Source: an uncultured Mollicutes bacterium
GTDB lineage: Bacteria > Bacillota_I > Bacilli_A > RFN20 > CAG-826
Direction of reading: 5' to 3'
Length of the DNA stretch: 64,000 nucleotides
NCBI GenBank assembly: GCA_945936135.1
Contig: CAMESG010000004.1
Coordinates: forward strand, 50,520 to 114,519
Below, piece by piece: positions 48,488 to 58,045 of this stretch. Under the pieces are notes generated by a model, which did no database searches, had not been told where the DNA came from, and was given only the letters and a program-made list of their open reading frames with translations. The position numbers and the translations under genes were made by a program. How positions within the stretch are numbered: the first letter of the stretch is position 1; each line of letters begins with the position of its first letter.

Positions 48488-49366
48488 TTATCCTTTTATT
48501 GACCCGAGTAGGGCCCCTTTCTCAATGTATTTGCCGAAGAACGGTGCGACCAAGAGGATCGGCACCGAAGAAACGACGATGGAGACGTATTGGATGGAAC
48601 GGAGGATCTTCCCCTGGTCGATCATGGATCCCCCGATGCCGAAGGAAGAGATGTCGTTCGAGATCACGATGTCCGAGAGCACCCTTTGCAAAGGGAACAG
48701 GTTCGGATCGCTTAAGTAAAGCAAGGAGTTGAAATAGGAATTCCAATATCCAACCCCATAGAACAAGGTCATGATCGCAAGGATCGGCACGGACATCGGA
48801 AGGACGACGTGGATGAAGATGCGGAAGTCGCCCATCCCATCGATCTTCGCGGCTTCATAGAGTTCGAAGGGAATCGTCTGGGAGAGGAAGCTTCGCGCGA
48901 CCATCAAGTTCCAAACGCTTAAGGCACCAGGGAGGATGAATCCCCAGATCGTGTTCCTTAGTCCTAAGCCATCGACGACCAAGAAGGTCGGGATCATGCC
49001 ACCACTGACGAACATCGTAAGAAGGAAGATCGCACTGAAGAATCCCCGGTGTTTGAAGTCCTTTCTCGAAAGCGGGTAGGCCGCCGTGAAGGTCAAGAAC
49101 AAGCTGATCGCCGTGCCCAAGACCGTATAGAGCAAGGAATTCAAGAAACCGCGCTGGACCAGAGGATTTCCCAAGACCATCGCGTAGATCTCGAAATTGA
49201 AGGAAGTCGGGATCAAGCCAACCTTCCCCGCGGCGACATCGGCGTAATCCGAGACCGAGTTCGCGAGGATGAAGAACATCGGAACGAGGATGATCACGCC
49301 AAAAAGACAAAGGAGGACGTAAACGGTGGCGTTGAAGCCATGGTTTTTTCTATCGCAGTTTAACAT
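48488..49366 (-). CDS. sugar ABC transporter permease
   Basis: Six TM helices; EAA loop EAAKIDGMGDFRIFIHVVLP. Confidence 0.85.
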   Translation of the reverse strand: MLNCDRKNHGFNATVYVLLCLFGVIILVPMFFILANSVSDYADVAAGKVGLIPTSFNFEIYAMVLGNPLVQRGFLNSLLYTVLGTAISLFLTFTAAYPLSRKDFKHRGFFSAIFLLTMFVSGGMIPTFLVVDGLGLRNTIWGFILPGALSVWNLMVARSFLSQTIPFELYEAAKIDGMGDFRIFIHVVLPMSVPILAIMTLFYGVGYWNSYFNSLLYLSDPNLFPLQRVLSDIVISNDISSFGIGGSMIDQGKILRSIQYVSIVVSSVPILLVAPFFGKYIEKGALLGSIKG

Positions 49367-49381
49367 CTTCTTCCTCCTTTC

Positions 49382-50299
49382 TCACAAGATCGATTCCTTG
49401 GTCAAGGCCTTCGAAATCGCGTTCGCGCCAACCAAGAGGATGATGTTCACAACGCTGTTGAACAAACCGACCGCGGTGCCGAAGCTCATGTCCTTGACGG
49501 TCACGAATGAGACGTTATAGGTATAGGTTGAGATGATTTCGCTGACTTCGCGGTTCGCGGGGTTCTGCATCAAGAAGACTTTTTCAAAACCAACGTTCAT
49601 CACCTGGCCCATGGCCATGATCGTCAAGACCATGATAAGGGGAAGAATCGAAGGCAAATTGATGTGGAGGATGCGCTGCATCCGGCTTGCGCCATCGACC
49701 GCCGCGGCTTCGTGCAAGTCCGGCGAGATGTTCGCAAGAGCGCCAACGTAGATGATGGCCCACCAACCTACACCTTGCCAAAGACCGGTGAAGACATAGG
49801 TCGTGGAGAACAAAGCAGGATCGCCAAGGAAGTCAACGGGCGGTAGCCCTAGCCCCGTGATGATCTGGTTCATGAACCCACCATCGGTACTTAAGAACAT
49901 GTTGAACATGCCAACCAAGACGACGAGCGAAATGAAATAAGGCATGTACGAAAGGGTCTGAATGAAGCGTTTGAAACGAACGGAGGCAACTTCGTTGATG
50001 AGCAAGGCTAGCAAGATCGGGAAAATCGTGTTCACGACCAAGGAATACAGCGAAAGCACCAAGGTATTGCGCAGAATATCCCAGAAATAGTAGCTTGAGA
50101 AGAACATCTCGAACTTATCCCAACCAACCCACGGGGAATCAAAGAAACCTAACGCAGGAGAATAATCCTTGAAGGCGATGATGATCCCAATGATCGGGAC
50201 ATAGCAAAAGATCAAGACATAGGTCAAAGCAGGGATGAGGAAAAGATAGAGCACCCAGTGCTTCTTCATTTCAATGCCCAAACGCTTTATGCCAGACAT
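49382..50299 (-). CDS. sugar ABC transporter permease
   Basis: Six TM helices; EAA loop HEAAAVDGASRMQRILHINLP. Confidence 0.85.
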   Translation of the reverse strand: MSGIKRLGIEMKKHWVLYLFLIPALTYVLIFCYVPIIGIIIAFKDYSPALGFFDSPWVGWDKFEMFFSSYYFWDILRNTLVLSLYSLVVNTIFPILLALLINEVASVRFKRFIQTLSYMPYFISLVVLVGMFNMFLSTDGGFMNQIITGLGLPPVDFLGDPALFSTTYVFTGLWQGVGWWAIIYVGALANISPDLHEAAAVDGASRMQRILHINLPSILPLIMVLTIMAMGQVMNVGFEKVFLMQNPANREVSEIISTYTYNVSFVTVKDMSFGTAVGLFNSVVNIILLVGANAISKALTKESIL

Positions 50300-51174
50300 T
50301 CGATAACCTCTTCTTTCAATGTTTCTAGATCATGAAGGTTCAAGGCGACTTTGTGCTTGCCTTGGCCTTCGCGGAAGACGGTCTTCCCATCGTTCGTCGC
50401 TTCGATCCTCCCGGTCGCGAACTCGAATCGCTCCGGATAAAGCAAGGCATAGGGGACGGCGACGTCATAAAGGATGGAACTCGACGATTTCTCATCGTAC
50501 TTCAAGGCTCCCCCGACGTAAGAAGCGTCCCAAACGCGATAGTTCTCCAAGACCGCTTGGCCCAAGGGGGAACACCCCTCGCAGAGACGTTGATAGAGTC
50601 CGCCGTCGATAATGATGTCGCGACAGACGTCCAAGGGGATAAGGGTGATGTCTTCAAGGTGATCGAAGAGCCAATTCGAGGCATCGATCGAACGGACGAG
50701 GTTCGATTCTGCGCCAGGGGCGGATTCGTTGATGTAGCCCTTCTTCACGGCGCCGGCCATGTAGCAAATCGAATGGCTTGAAACAAGATCGAGGTGCTTT
50801 CTTGCGAAAGCGGAAAAATCGTTACTGGGTCCTAGAAGCAAGATCTTCGCGTCGGGGTATTTTTCCAACGCGTTTTTCATGCCTTCTTCGTAGGTCGAGA
50901 ACTTATGTTTTTGATTCCAACCTTTCACCCAATCTTCTTGGGGATGAACCCCATCGGTGTGGTAGATGCCGACGGAAATCGTGGCGCTTTCTTTCTTGGC
51001 GATGGCAAAAAGGCGATCCAAGATCTTGGCCTTGTAGGAGGTTTCGCCCGTCGTCGCGCCGACGTGGACGATCTCGACGTCTGGCCTCGACAAAAGGTAG
51101 GCCACCGCCCACGTATCGTCGATGTCGTCACCGATGTCGGTATCTAGGATCACCTTAATCATCGTCAGTTCCAA
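50287..51174 (-). CDS. inosine-uridine-preferring nucleoside hydrolase family protein
   Basis: N-terminal DTDIGDDIDD (DxDxxxDD) motif. Confidence 0.85.
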   Translation of the reverse strand: MELTMIKVILDTDIGDDIDDTWAVAYLLSRPDVEIVHVGATTGETSYKAKILDRLFAIAKKESATISVGIYHTDGVHPQEDWVKGWNQKHKFSTYEEGMKNALEKYPDAKILLLGPSNDFSAFARKHLDLVSSHSICYMAGAVKKGYINESAPGAESNLVRSIDASNWLFDHLEDITLIPLDVCRDIIIDGGLYQRLCEGCSPLGQAVLENYRVWDASYVGGALKYDEKSSSSILYDVAVPYALLYPERFEFATGRIEATNDGKTVFREGQGKHKVALNLHDLETLKEEVIECLA

Positions 51175-52481
51175 TCCGGGAGATAGTCCTTCTCCACTTC
51201 AAACATCTCGTTCACCAAAGCGCGGATATCATCAAGGGAAAGCTCGCTTAAGGTGTGAGGATCTAGGGCAGCGGCGTGGAAGATCATTTCCTTGTCGCGG
51301 TGATAGGCGCCTTCCATCGCAAGAATCTGAACGTTGATGTTCGTGCGGTTGATGGCGGCGCAGACTTCCGGCAATTTGCCAACGCTGCACGGCGTGATGC
51401 CGTTTTTATCGGCAAGGCAAGGCACTTCGACGCAGGCTTCACGCGGAAGGTTGGCGATAAGGCCATTGTCGTTCATGACGTTGCCATGGAAACGATAGGG
51501 TTCATCGGTTTCGCAAGCGCGGATAATCCTTGAACCGAACTCGTTGGACTTTTGATGTTCCAAGGCTTTATCGCCGATCACTTCTTCGCGCATCGTCTCC
51601 CAATCCTTGATCTGCTTTTCGCAGCGACGCGGATATTCATCGAGGGGGATATTGAACCGTTCGATGAGTGCAGGATATTTGGATTTGATGAACCAGGGGG
51701 TGTATTCGGAGGTGTGCTCGCTGGATTCGGTGATGTAGTAACCAAATTGCTTCATCATCTCCAAACGGACGAGGTCCCACTTCTTATCGTATTTGTCGCC
51801 CTCTTCCAGGTTTCTGCGCTTGATCTCAGGATAGAGGTCGTTGCCTTCCGCGTCGCGGACGTCCAAAAGCCAAGCTTGGTGGTTGATGCCGGCGATTTGG
51901 TAATAAGAACCCGGGAGTTTGTCTTCCATCTTGAGGGTGGTAAGCAAGCCTTTCGTGCAGGCCTGCACGCTATGGCAAAGGCCAACCGTGCGGATCCCAA
52001 GGTATTTGGAAAGATAACCGGTGACCATCGCCATCGGGTTCACGTAGTTCAAGAACAAGGCGTTCGGGCAGACTTCTTTGATGTCTTTGGCGAAGTCTTC
52101 CATGACCTTGATCGTGCGAAGGGCGCGGAAGATGCCAGCGACCCCAAGGGTATCGCCGATCGTCTGCGTAAGGCCATACTTCTTCGGGATTTCAAAATCC
52201 CAAACGGTGCAGGGCTTGTAACCGCCAATTTGAACCGCGTTGACGATGTATTTCGCGCCGCGAAGAGATTCCTTGCGGTCGAGAAACTTCAAGATCGTCG
52301 CTTTGCCGTGATGATGCTCGTTGATGTTGCAAAGCATCTGATAGGAATCTTCAAGACGTTCGGGATCGATGTCGTGAAGGGCGATTTCAAACTCGCCAAG
52401 CTCGGGCGTCAAAATGCAATCCCCGAGGATGTTTTTGGCGAAGATCGTGCTCCCCGCCCCTAAAAAAGTGATGCGAAACAT
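51165..52481 (-). CDS. glycoside hydrolase family 4 (NAD+/Mn2+-dependent alpha-glucosidase/galactosidase-like)
   Basis: N-terminal ITFLGAGS NAD-binding motif; 438 aa; GH4 pattern. Confidence 0.85.
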   Translation of the reverse strand: MFRITFLGAGSTIFAKNILGDCILTPELGEFEIALHDIDPERLEDSYQMLCNINEHHHGKATILKFLDRKESLRGAKYIVNAVQIGGYKPCTVWDFEIPKKYGLTQTIGDTLGVAGIFRALRTIKVMEDFAKDIKEVCPNALFLNYVNPMAMVTGYLSKYLGIRTVGLCHSVQACTKGLLTTLKMEDKLPGSYYQIAGINHQAWLLDVRDAEGNDLYPEIKRRNLEEGDKYDKKWDLVRLEMMKQFGYYITESSEHTSEYTPWFIKSKYPALIERFNIPLDEYPRRCEKQIKDWETMREEVIGDKALEHQKSNEFGSRIIRACETDEPYRFHGNVMNDNGLIANLPREACVEVPCLADKNGITPCSVGKLPEVCAAINRTNINVQILAMEGAYHRDKEMIFHAAALDPHTLSELSLDDIRALVNEMFEVEKDYLPDWN

Positions 52482-52508
52482 ATTTCTTACCTCGCCGAAA
52501 TCATAGAA

Positions 52509-52522
52509 TGTAAGCCCTTACA
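52509..52522. promoter_or_regulatory. cre-like palindrome TGTAAGCCCTTACA upstream of the GH4-headed operon
   Basis: Perfect inverted repeat TGTAAG-NN-CTTACA; one mismatch to the cre consensus WTGNAANCGNWNNCW; about 30 bp upstream of the GH4 start. Confidence 0.3.
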
Positions 52523-52552
52523 TCAAAAGAAGCCAGCGTTGCAATAAATTGT

Positions 52553-53404
52553 TTAAATGTTGCTTTCAGTTTCAAAAGGATCTTTTCGATATTCCTTGGG
52601 AGAAACCCCGAACCGCTTTTTAAAACCCTTTAAAAATGAGGGGTAATCTTGAAATCCAGCCTCAATCGCGACCTCTTTTATCGTTTTTGTTGTGTCTTTG
52701 AGTAAGATTGTCGCCCGTTTGAACCTTGCATCAAGAATATAGTCTTTTGGTGATATGCCCATCTTGTTCTTAAACACGCGGAACATGTGCGAGCGATCGA
52801 CATGGAAAAATGTTGATAATTCGGAGATCCGGAGATCTTGATCCAAGTGATGATCGACGTAAGAAAGAATCGCGTCAACAAGGTCGGGTTTCTTCCCTTC
52901 TCCTAAAACCGGCGCCGTTCCAAATTGACGGACGAGCAACGAGAAAATCCGATAACAAGCGGAAAGCAAGGAGAATGACATTGAGGAAGGATTGGAGTCC
53001 CCATCCTGCAAAGATTCAAAGATCTCTTCCATTCCCTTCTTATCCTCGACTTCGAAGGTATAAAGCGAAGAGATCCCAAGCTTCTCCAACGTGTCTTTCG
53101 CTTCCGAGCCGTGGAAACCAAACCAATAATAGACCCAGGGATCCTTCGCATCGGCCTGATAATAGGTTGTTTCCCCTGGCTTGATTTGAAACATCATCCC
53201 AGGGGTCACTTCATAGGTTTTCCCTCCAACGCAATAGACGCCTTTTCCTTTGACGATGTAATGAAAAAGATAGTGTCTTCTTGCCGTCGGCCCAAAGGAA
53301 TGAGAAGGCGCGCAGCGTTCAAAACCCGCCTCATCGACCCCGATCGACAAGGGTTCGAGTCTAGCGTTGTAGAAGAGTTGGAAGTCGAGCGCTGCCTTTT
53401 TCAT
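52553..53404 (-). CDS. AraC-family transcriptional regulator (cupin sensor plus HTH)
   Basis: C-terminal AraC HTH (ISELSTFFHVDRSHMFRVFK...GFQDYPSFLKGFKKRFGVSPKEYR). Confidence 0.8.
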   Translation of the reverse strand: MKKAALDFQLFYNARLEPLSIGVDEAGFERCAPSHSFGPTARRHYLFHYIVKGKGVYCVGGKTYEVTPGMMFQIKPGETTYYQADAKDPWVYYWFGFHGSEAKDTLEKLGISSLYTFEVEDKKGMEEIFESLQDGDSNPSSMSFSLLSACYRIFSLLVRQFGTAPVLGEGKKPDLVDAILSYVDHHLDQDLRISELSTFFHVDRSHMFRVFKNKMGISPKDYILDARFKRATILLKDTTKTIKEVAIEAGFQDYPSFLKGFKKRFGVSPKEYRKDPFETESNI

Positions 53405-53416
53405 ATCGTTTCCCCT

Positions 53417-54316
53417 TTACTTGAAATAACGAACGACTTCTTCTTTGGTTGGAATCGAATCCGAGGCGCCCATCTTGGTCACCGCCAACGCGCTAGCCTT
53501 CACGGCCAAGCCGAGGTTTTCTTCGATGGCTAAGCCGGAAGCCAAGGAGGAGGCGAAATACCCAAGGAAGGTATCGCCTGCGCCGACCGTGTCGACGACT
53601 TCGACCTTTTGACCAGGCAAGGCAAAGGAATGTTCTTGATCAAAATAGGCAACGCCCTTGTCCCCAAGGGTCATGACGATGCCTTTCAAGCCAAAAGGAA
53701 CAAAGGGATCAATCGAGGCAATGGTTTCTTCCTTCTGCACCAACCCCATGATCATCCGTCCTTCTCCTTCGTTGACAACAAGGTAATCGACCAAAGAAAG
53801 AAGTTCCTTGTTCATCGGTTTGATAGGAGAGGGGTTAAGAATCGTGATCATGCCTTTTCCTCTCGCAAGTTTCAAGGCGAACGCGATCGCCGAGAGGTTA
53901 TTCTCTAAGGCCGTGACGAAGATGTCCCCTTCTTGGGCGCTTTCTAGGAAGCAAGATACTTCCTCTTCGTCAATTTCAAGGTTCGCGCCTCCGATCACGA
54001 TGATGCGGTTATCGCCCTCATGAAGAATGATCGAGGCCATACCCGTTGACGAGCCATTTTCCAAAACGTGGAGATCCGCGCCTTCGAGTTTTTTCAAGGA
54101 GGATCTTGCCAAACCGCCGAAAGCGTCGTTCCCAATCTTTGCAAGAAAGTGGAGATCGCCTCCGGCTCGATGGATCGCAATCGCCTCGTTCATCCCCTTT
54201 CCACCGATCCCTAAATGAAAGGAATCGCCGTGCACCGTTTCCCCTTTCATTGGGAAAACGCCCGTTAAGACGCTGACGTCGACGTTGATCGAACCAAGAC
54301 AATAAACGCGTTTCAT
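53417..54316 (-). CDS. ribokinase / PfkB-family sugar kinase
   Basis: GG near the N-terminus; C-terminal DTVGAGDTF anion-hole motif. Confidence 0.8.
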   Translation of the reverse strand: MKRVYCLGSINVDVSVLTGVFPMKGETVHGDSFHLGIGGKGMNEAIAIHRAGGDLHFLAKIGNDAFGGLARSSLKKLEGADLHVLENGSSTGMASIILHEGDNRIIVIGGANLEIDEEEVSCFLESAQEGDIFVTALENNLSAIAFALKLARGKGMITILNPSPIKPMNKELLSLVDYLVVNEGEGRMIMGLVQKEETIASIDPFVPFGLKGIVMTLGDKGVAYFDQEHSFALPGQKVEVVDTVGAGDTFLGYFASSLASGLAIEENLGLAVKASALAVTKMGASDSIPTKEEVVRYFK

Positions 54317-54487
54317 AACTTACCTCTTTCTTTTCTATCATAAGCATGAAAGAGGCTTTGTCAAAAAAGGCAATTCGCTTCTGCTCTCTTCGGAAATTCA
54401 TCTTTTGAAATTAAAATTGCGCGGTTTTGCAAAAGAAAAAAGCCCGTGCAAATCCATGCACAAGCTCTAAATCCATGCAAATCTATC

Positions 54488-55998
54488 TTATTTGCGTTTC
54501 TTTTTGAGGAAGTGAAGGGCGATCGCCGCTCCGCCACCGGCCACACCGACAACACACACGCCGCCAAGGGTCCACCATAACGGGGTAAAGGAATGGGCGG
54601 TCGATGGTTGTTCGCTAGATCCACTCGAATCGGAAGAACTGGGCAAAGAAATCTCGGAGGAATCTTCCGAAGCAATCGGATTGGAACTCTCGCTAGCGAT
54701 CGGCGCCGAAATTTCGCTGGAAACGGGTCCCGAACTTGAGGATTCTTCGGGATCCACCGGCTTTTTGGGAAGCGGGTTCTCGTTTGATAAGGTGCGAAGG
54801 ATCAGCTGGGCGTAGAGGCAAACCAAGAAGTCGTTCGGGTGGTTGATGTTGTTGCCCGTCATATCCGCGTAACGCTTCGCATGAAGCAAGGGGGGTGCGC
54901 CGAATAGACGTCCGCGCAGGCAACACCTTCGCCTTCAAGACCAAGAAGCTGTTCCGAATACAAGGGGATGTTTTTATAACATCTTGGTTCATGAACGCTT
55001 CAGGATTCGTCAAGAAGTTCGTGACGAGGATGAACTCGCAATCTGGATTGGCCTTCTTGATCGCGTTCATGGAACGGAGGATGTTCGCCATATAGGTACG
55101 GGGGGGCGAGGTCCTTCGTTGCCCGCGAATTCAATGATCACGAGGTCAGGATTCAAAGCGCCGGCGTTCGGGGCTTGTTGGAGACCCCAGTTGCTGTCCA
55201 TCCCGCCCTTCGCATAATCGACGTTCAACTCAATGTTGTCTTTCTGATAGATGTCTTTAAGGCGGTTCACGACCATGCTCGTCCACTTATTGATGTAGGG
55301 GGCCTTGATGAGACCCGTCGCGTTCGCGCCTTCCGAGACAGAGTCCCCAAGGACCGCGATCTTCATCGGTTCATCGCTTTGAAGCTTCGCCATCGTCTTA
55401 GGTAAGAGCCTCGCCTTGCCGAAAATCGGATAATTGCTATCCCAAGAATCCCCGTGCTTGTAGGTGATCGCGACCTGCATCAAAGGGAACATGTACTGCT
55501 CTCTGAAGGAGACATAGCCTCCGCCAACCTTGTCCATCGTCCCGCCGAACATGCCCGTGTTTGGGCGCTAGGATAGTAGTCTTCGTATTTGACGACGGGG
55601 ATTCTCGTTCCTTCTAAGAGGTGGATTTTCCCATCGACGATCGCGTAGTCGACGCCTTCTTCAAACTCGAAGAAGAGATCGCTCGAACGGAAGGAAACGA
55701 TTTCCCCGGGGCTATCCTTGGTCAAAGGAACCGCCGTATCGCCCGTCGGGACTTCGTCTGCGTAAAAAAGCATCTCGAAGCCCGCTAGATTGACGTCAGT
55801 GAGAGCCTCGTCTTTCACGGCGACATCCACGAAGATGTTCCCCGAAACATAGCGGATCGAGAAACGGGCATCGATCCCATCTCCATTCAAGACGTTCTTT
55901 TCCATCTTATTGGAAAAATCCGAAAGCGACGTAGCCTGGACCGCTGGAGCGGGTTTGGCAAGCAATCCTCCTCCAACGCCGAGGCTCGTCGATAGCAA
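54488..55998 (-). pseudogene. surface-anchored SGNH/GDSL hydrolase gene interrupted by three frameshifts, all at G/C homopolymers; possibly phase-variable
   Basis: Four consecutive same-strand ORFs: a signal peptide; a GDSL block KIAVLGDSVSEG; a C-terminal S-rich linker plus TM anchor and KKKRK tail. Frames rejoin if the C3 run near 55554 becomes C4, G7 at 55100-55106 becomes G8, and G6 at 54890-54895 becomes G5. Confidence 0.6.
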
Positions 55999-56243
55999 GA
56001 ATGCAAAACAGCCAACAACTTCTTCATTCTTTTTTCCTTCCCGAAAGGGCGATGCACCCCTTCCTTAGGTTCATCGACATTTAAAAGAAAGCGCTTTCTC
56101 AGTGAAAGAAAATTAAAGGAACTAGCAACTATCTTTAATGTTTCGGCAACAATATTTAAGGCATCGCCTTCTCCCTTCTCTCCTTCGAACGTCCATCCCA
56201 AGAATTTCGAAGAAAGGATTTCGTAAAGGAGGCGATCGAATAC

Positions 56244-56546
56244 ATGGACGAAGAATTCTCTTCCGGGATCTCGATTTCCGAAGTCGCGAAGAAAATCCAC
56301 GTGGAACGTACCTACTTCTTCCAGCGATTCAAAAAGGAAATCGGGGTGTCGCCTTCCGATTACTTGTTAGGCGTTCGTCTTGAAAAGGCAAAGGATCTTC
56401 TTCGGAATCCCAACCTATCAATCGCATCCATCGCGAAAGCCGTTGGCTATAACAACTACGTGACCTTCACGGAATCCTTTGCCAAGAAGATGGGTCTACG
56501 CCCCTCCGAATATCGAAAGAAAGCCTTGCCGAAGAACAATGGATAG
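56244..56546 (+). CDS. stand-alone AraC-type HTH domain protein (100 aa)
   Basis: AAAGGAGG RBS; two AraC HTH helices (ISEVAKKIHVERTYFFQRFKK...IASIAKAVGYNNYVTFTESFAKKMGLRPSEYR) with no sensor domain. Confidence 0.6.
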   Translation: MDEEFSSGISISEVAKKIHVERTYFFQRFKKEIGVSPSDYLLGVRLEKAKDLLRNPNLSIASIAKAVGYNNYVTFTESFAKKMGLRPSEYRKKALPKNNG

Positions 56547-56591
56547 AAAAAGCGCCCTCGAATCTCTTCAAAGGCGCATTTTGTTCGATGA

Positions 56592-58028
56592 TTAATAGGC
56601 TTTCGCGAAGTAGGCGATGAGCTTTGAAGGCTTGCCGCAGACAGGGCAGATACTGCCTTCAGGCGCAGATTCTTTGTAGATGCAGCGCGCGGTTCCACCA
56701 TTGGTGTAAGCCTTGATGGCGTCTTCGCATTCCATCTCGCCACAGAAGGCCATGCGGGCGTAGCCGCCCTTTTCAAGGGCTGTTCTAAGTTCGTCCAAGG
56801 TCTCGACGTCCACGATCTTCGTGTTCAAGAAAGCGAGTGCCTTTTGATACATCTCTTCTTGGATCGCCTTAAGCAAGGAAGGAATCTCGTTTTCGATATC
56901 CTCGATGGGCTTCGTGAGTTTCTCGCCGTTATAGCGTTTCGCGAGGGTCATGACGCCTTGGGCAAGGTCGCGAGGACCGATTTCAAGACGAAGAGGGACG
57001 CCTTTCATTTCCCATTCAGCGAACTTCCATCCAGGGGTATGGTCGGATTCATCGACCTTAACGCGGACGCCCAAGCCTTTGAGGACGCTTTCGATCTCGT
57101 GACACTTCTCCAAGATGCCTTCTTCTTGTTGGCGGACCGGGACGATCACGACTTGGATCGGCGCGACTTCGGGAGGCAAGACCAAGCCGTTGTCGTCACC
57201 GTGAACCATGATCACCGCCCCAATGAGGCGAGTCGAAACGCCCCAAGAGGTTTGATGAGGCGCATGGAGTTTGTTGTCTCTTCCAAGGAAAGAAATTCCG
57301 AAAGCTTCCGCGAAACCGGTGCCCAAGTAATGGGTGGTGCCGCTTTGAAGGGCCTTGCCATCATGCATCAAGGCTTCGATCGAATAGGTCGCGACCGCGC
57401 CGGCGAACTTTTCGTGCTCAGTCTTCTTGCCTTTGACGAAGGGGATCGCCAAAAGATCGCGTCCGATGGAATCGTAAACTTCGAGCATATCCATCGTGTT
57501 CTTGACCGCTTCTTTTTCGGTTTCAAATAAGCAGTGGCCTTCTTGCCAGAGGAATTCCGAGCCGCGAAGGAAAGGACGGGTCGTCTTTTCCCAACGGATG
57601 ACGGAGCACCATTGGTTGTAGATCTTCGGCAAATCCCGATAGGAAGAAACGAGTCTCTTATACATATCGGAGAAAAGGATTTCGGAGGTTGGGCGGATGA
57701 TCAAAGGATCTTCGAGCTTCTTGTTGCCGCCGATCGTCGCGACCAAGCATTCTGGGGCAAAGCCTTCGATATGCTCCTTCTCTTTGCCAAAAAGCGAAGA
57801 GGGGATAACGCAGGGCAAATAGACGTTTTGGGCGCCGTGTTCTTTGAACTTCTTGTCGGCGAAAGCTTGGATCTGTTCCCAGATCGCATAGCCATACGGC
57901 AAATAATCGATGAAGCCTTTGACCGAGCTATAGTCCATAAGCTCGGCCTTGCGGCAGACATCGGTATACCATTGCGCGAAGTCAACATCGCGCGAGGTGA
58001 TCGAGGCGTTTTTGATTTGTTGTGCCAT
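56592..58028 (-). CDS. proS: prolyl-tRNA synthetase, archaeal/eukaryotic type
   Basis: 478 aa; class II motifs; no bacterial insertion domain; C-terminal zinc-binding ...CPVCGKP... Confidence 0.9.
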   Translation of the reverse strand: MAQQIKNASITSRDVDFAQWYTDVCRKAELMDYSSVKGFIDYLPYGYAIWEQIQAFADKKFKEHGAQNVYLPCVIPSSLFGKEKEHIEGFAPECLVATIGGNKKLEDPLIIRPTSEILFSDMYKRLVSSYRDLPKIYNQWCSVIRWEKTTRPFLRGSEFLWQEGHCLFETEKEAVKNTMDMLEVYDSIGRDLLAIPFVKGKKTEHEKFAGAVATYSIEALMHDGKALQSGTTHYLGTGFAEAFGISFLGRDNKLHAPHQTSWGVSTRLIGAVIMVHGDDNGLVLPPEVAPIQVVIVPVRQQEEGILEKCHEIESVLKGLGVRVKVDESDHTPGWKFAEWEMKGVPLRLEIGPRDLAQGVMTLAKRYNGEKLTKPIEDIENEIPSLLKAIQEEMYQKALAFLNTKIVDVETLDELRTALEKGGYARMAFCGEMECEDAIKAYTNGGTARCIYKESAPEGSICPVCGKPSKLIAYFAKAY

Positions 58029-58045
58029 AATCGAATTTCTCCTTA

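Noticed and set aside
56547-56591. Possible bidirectional terminator AAAAGCGCC...GGCGCATTTT between the AraC-HTH gene and proS
   Set aside because: It has only a 5-bp stem with a 16-nt loop, which is below my threshold.
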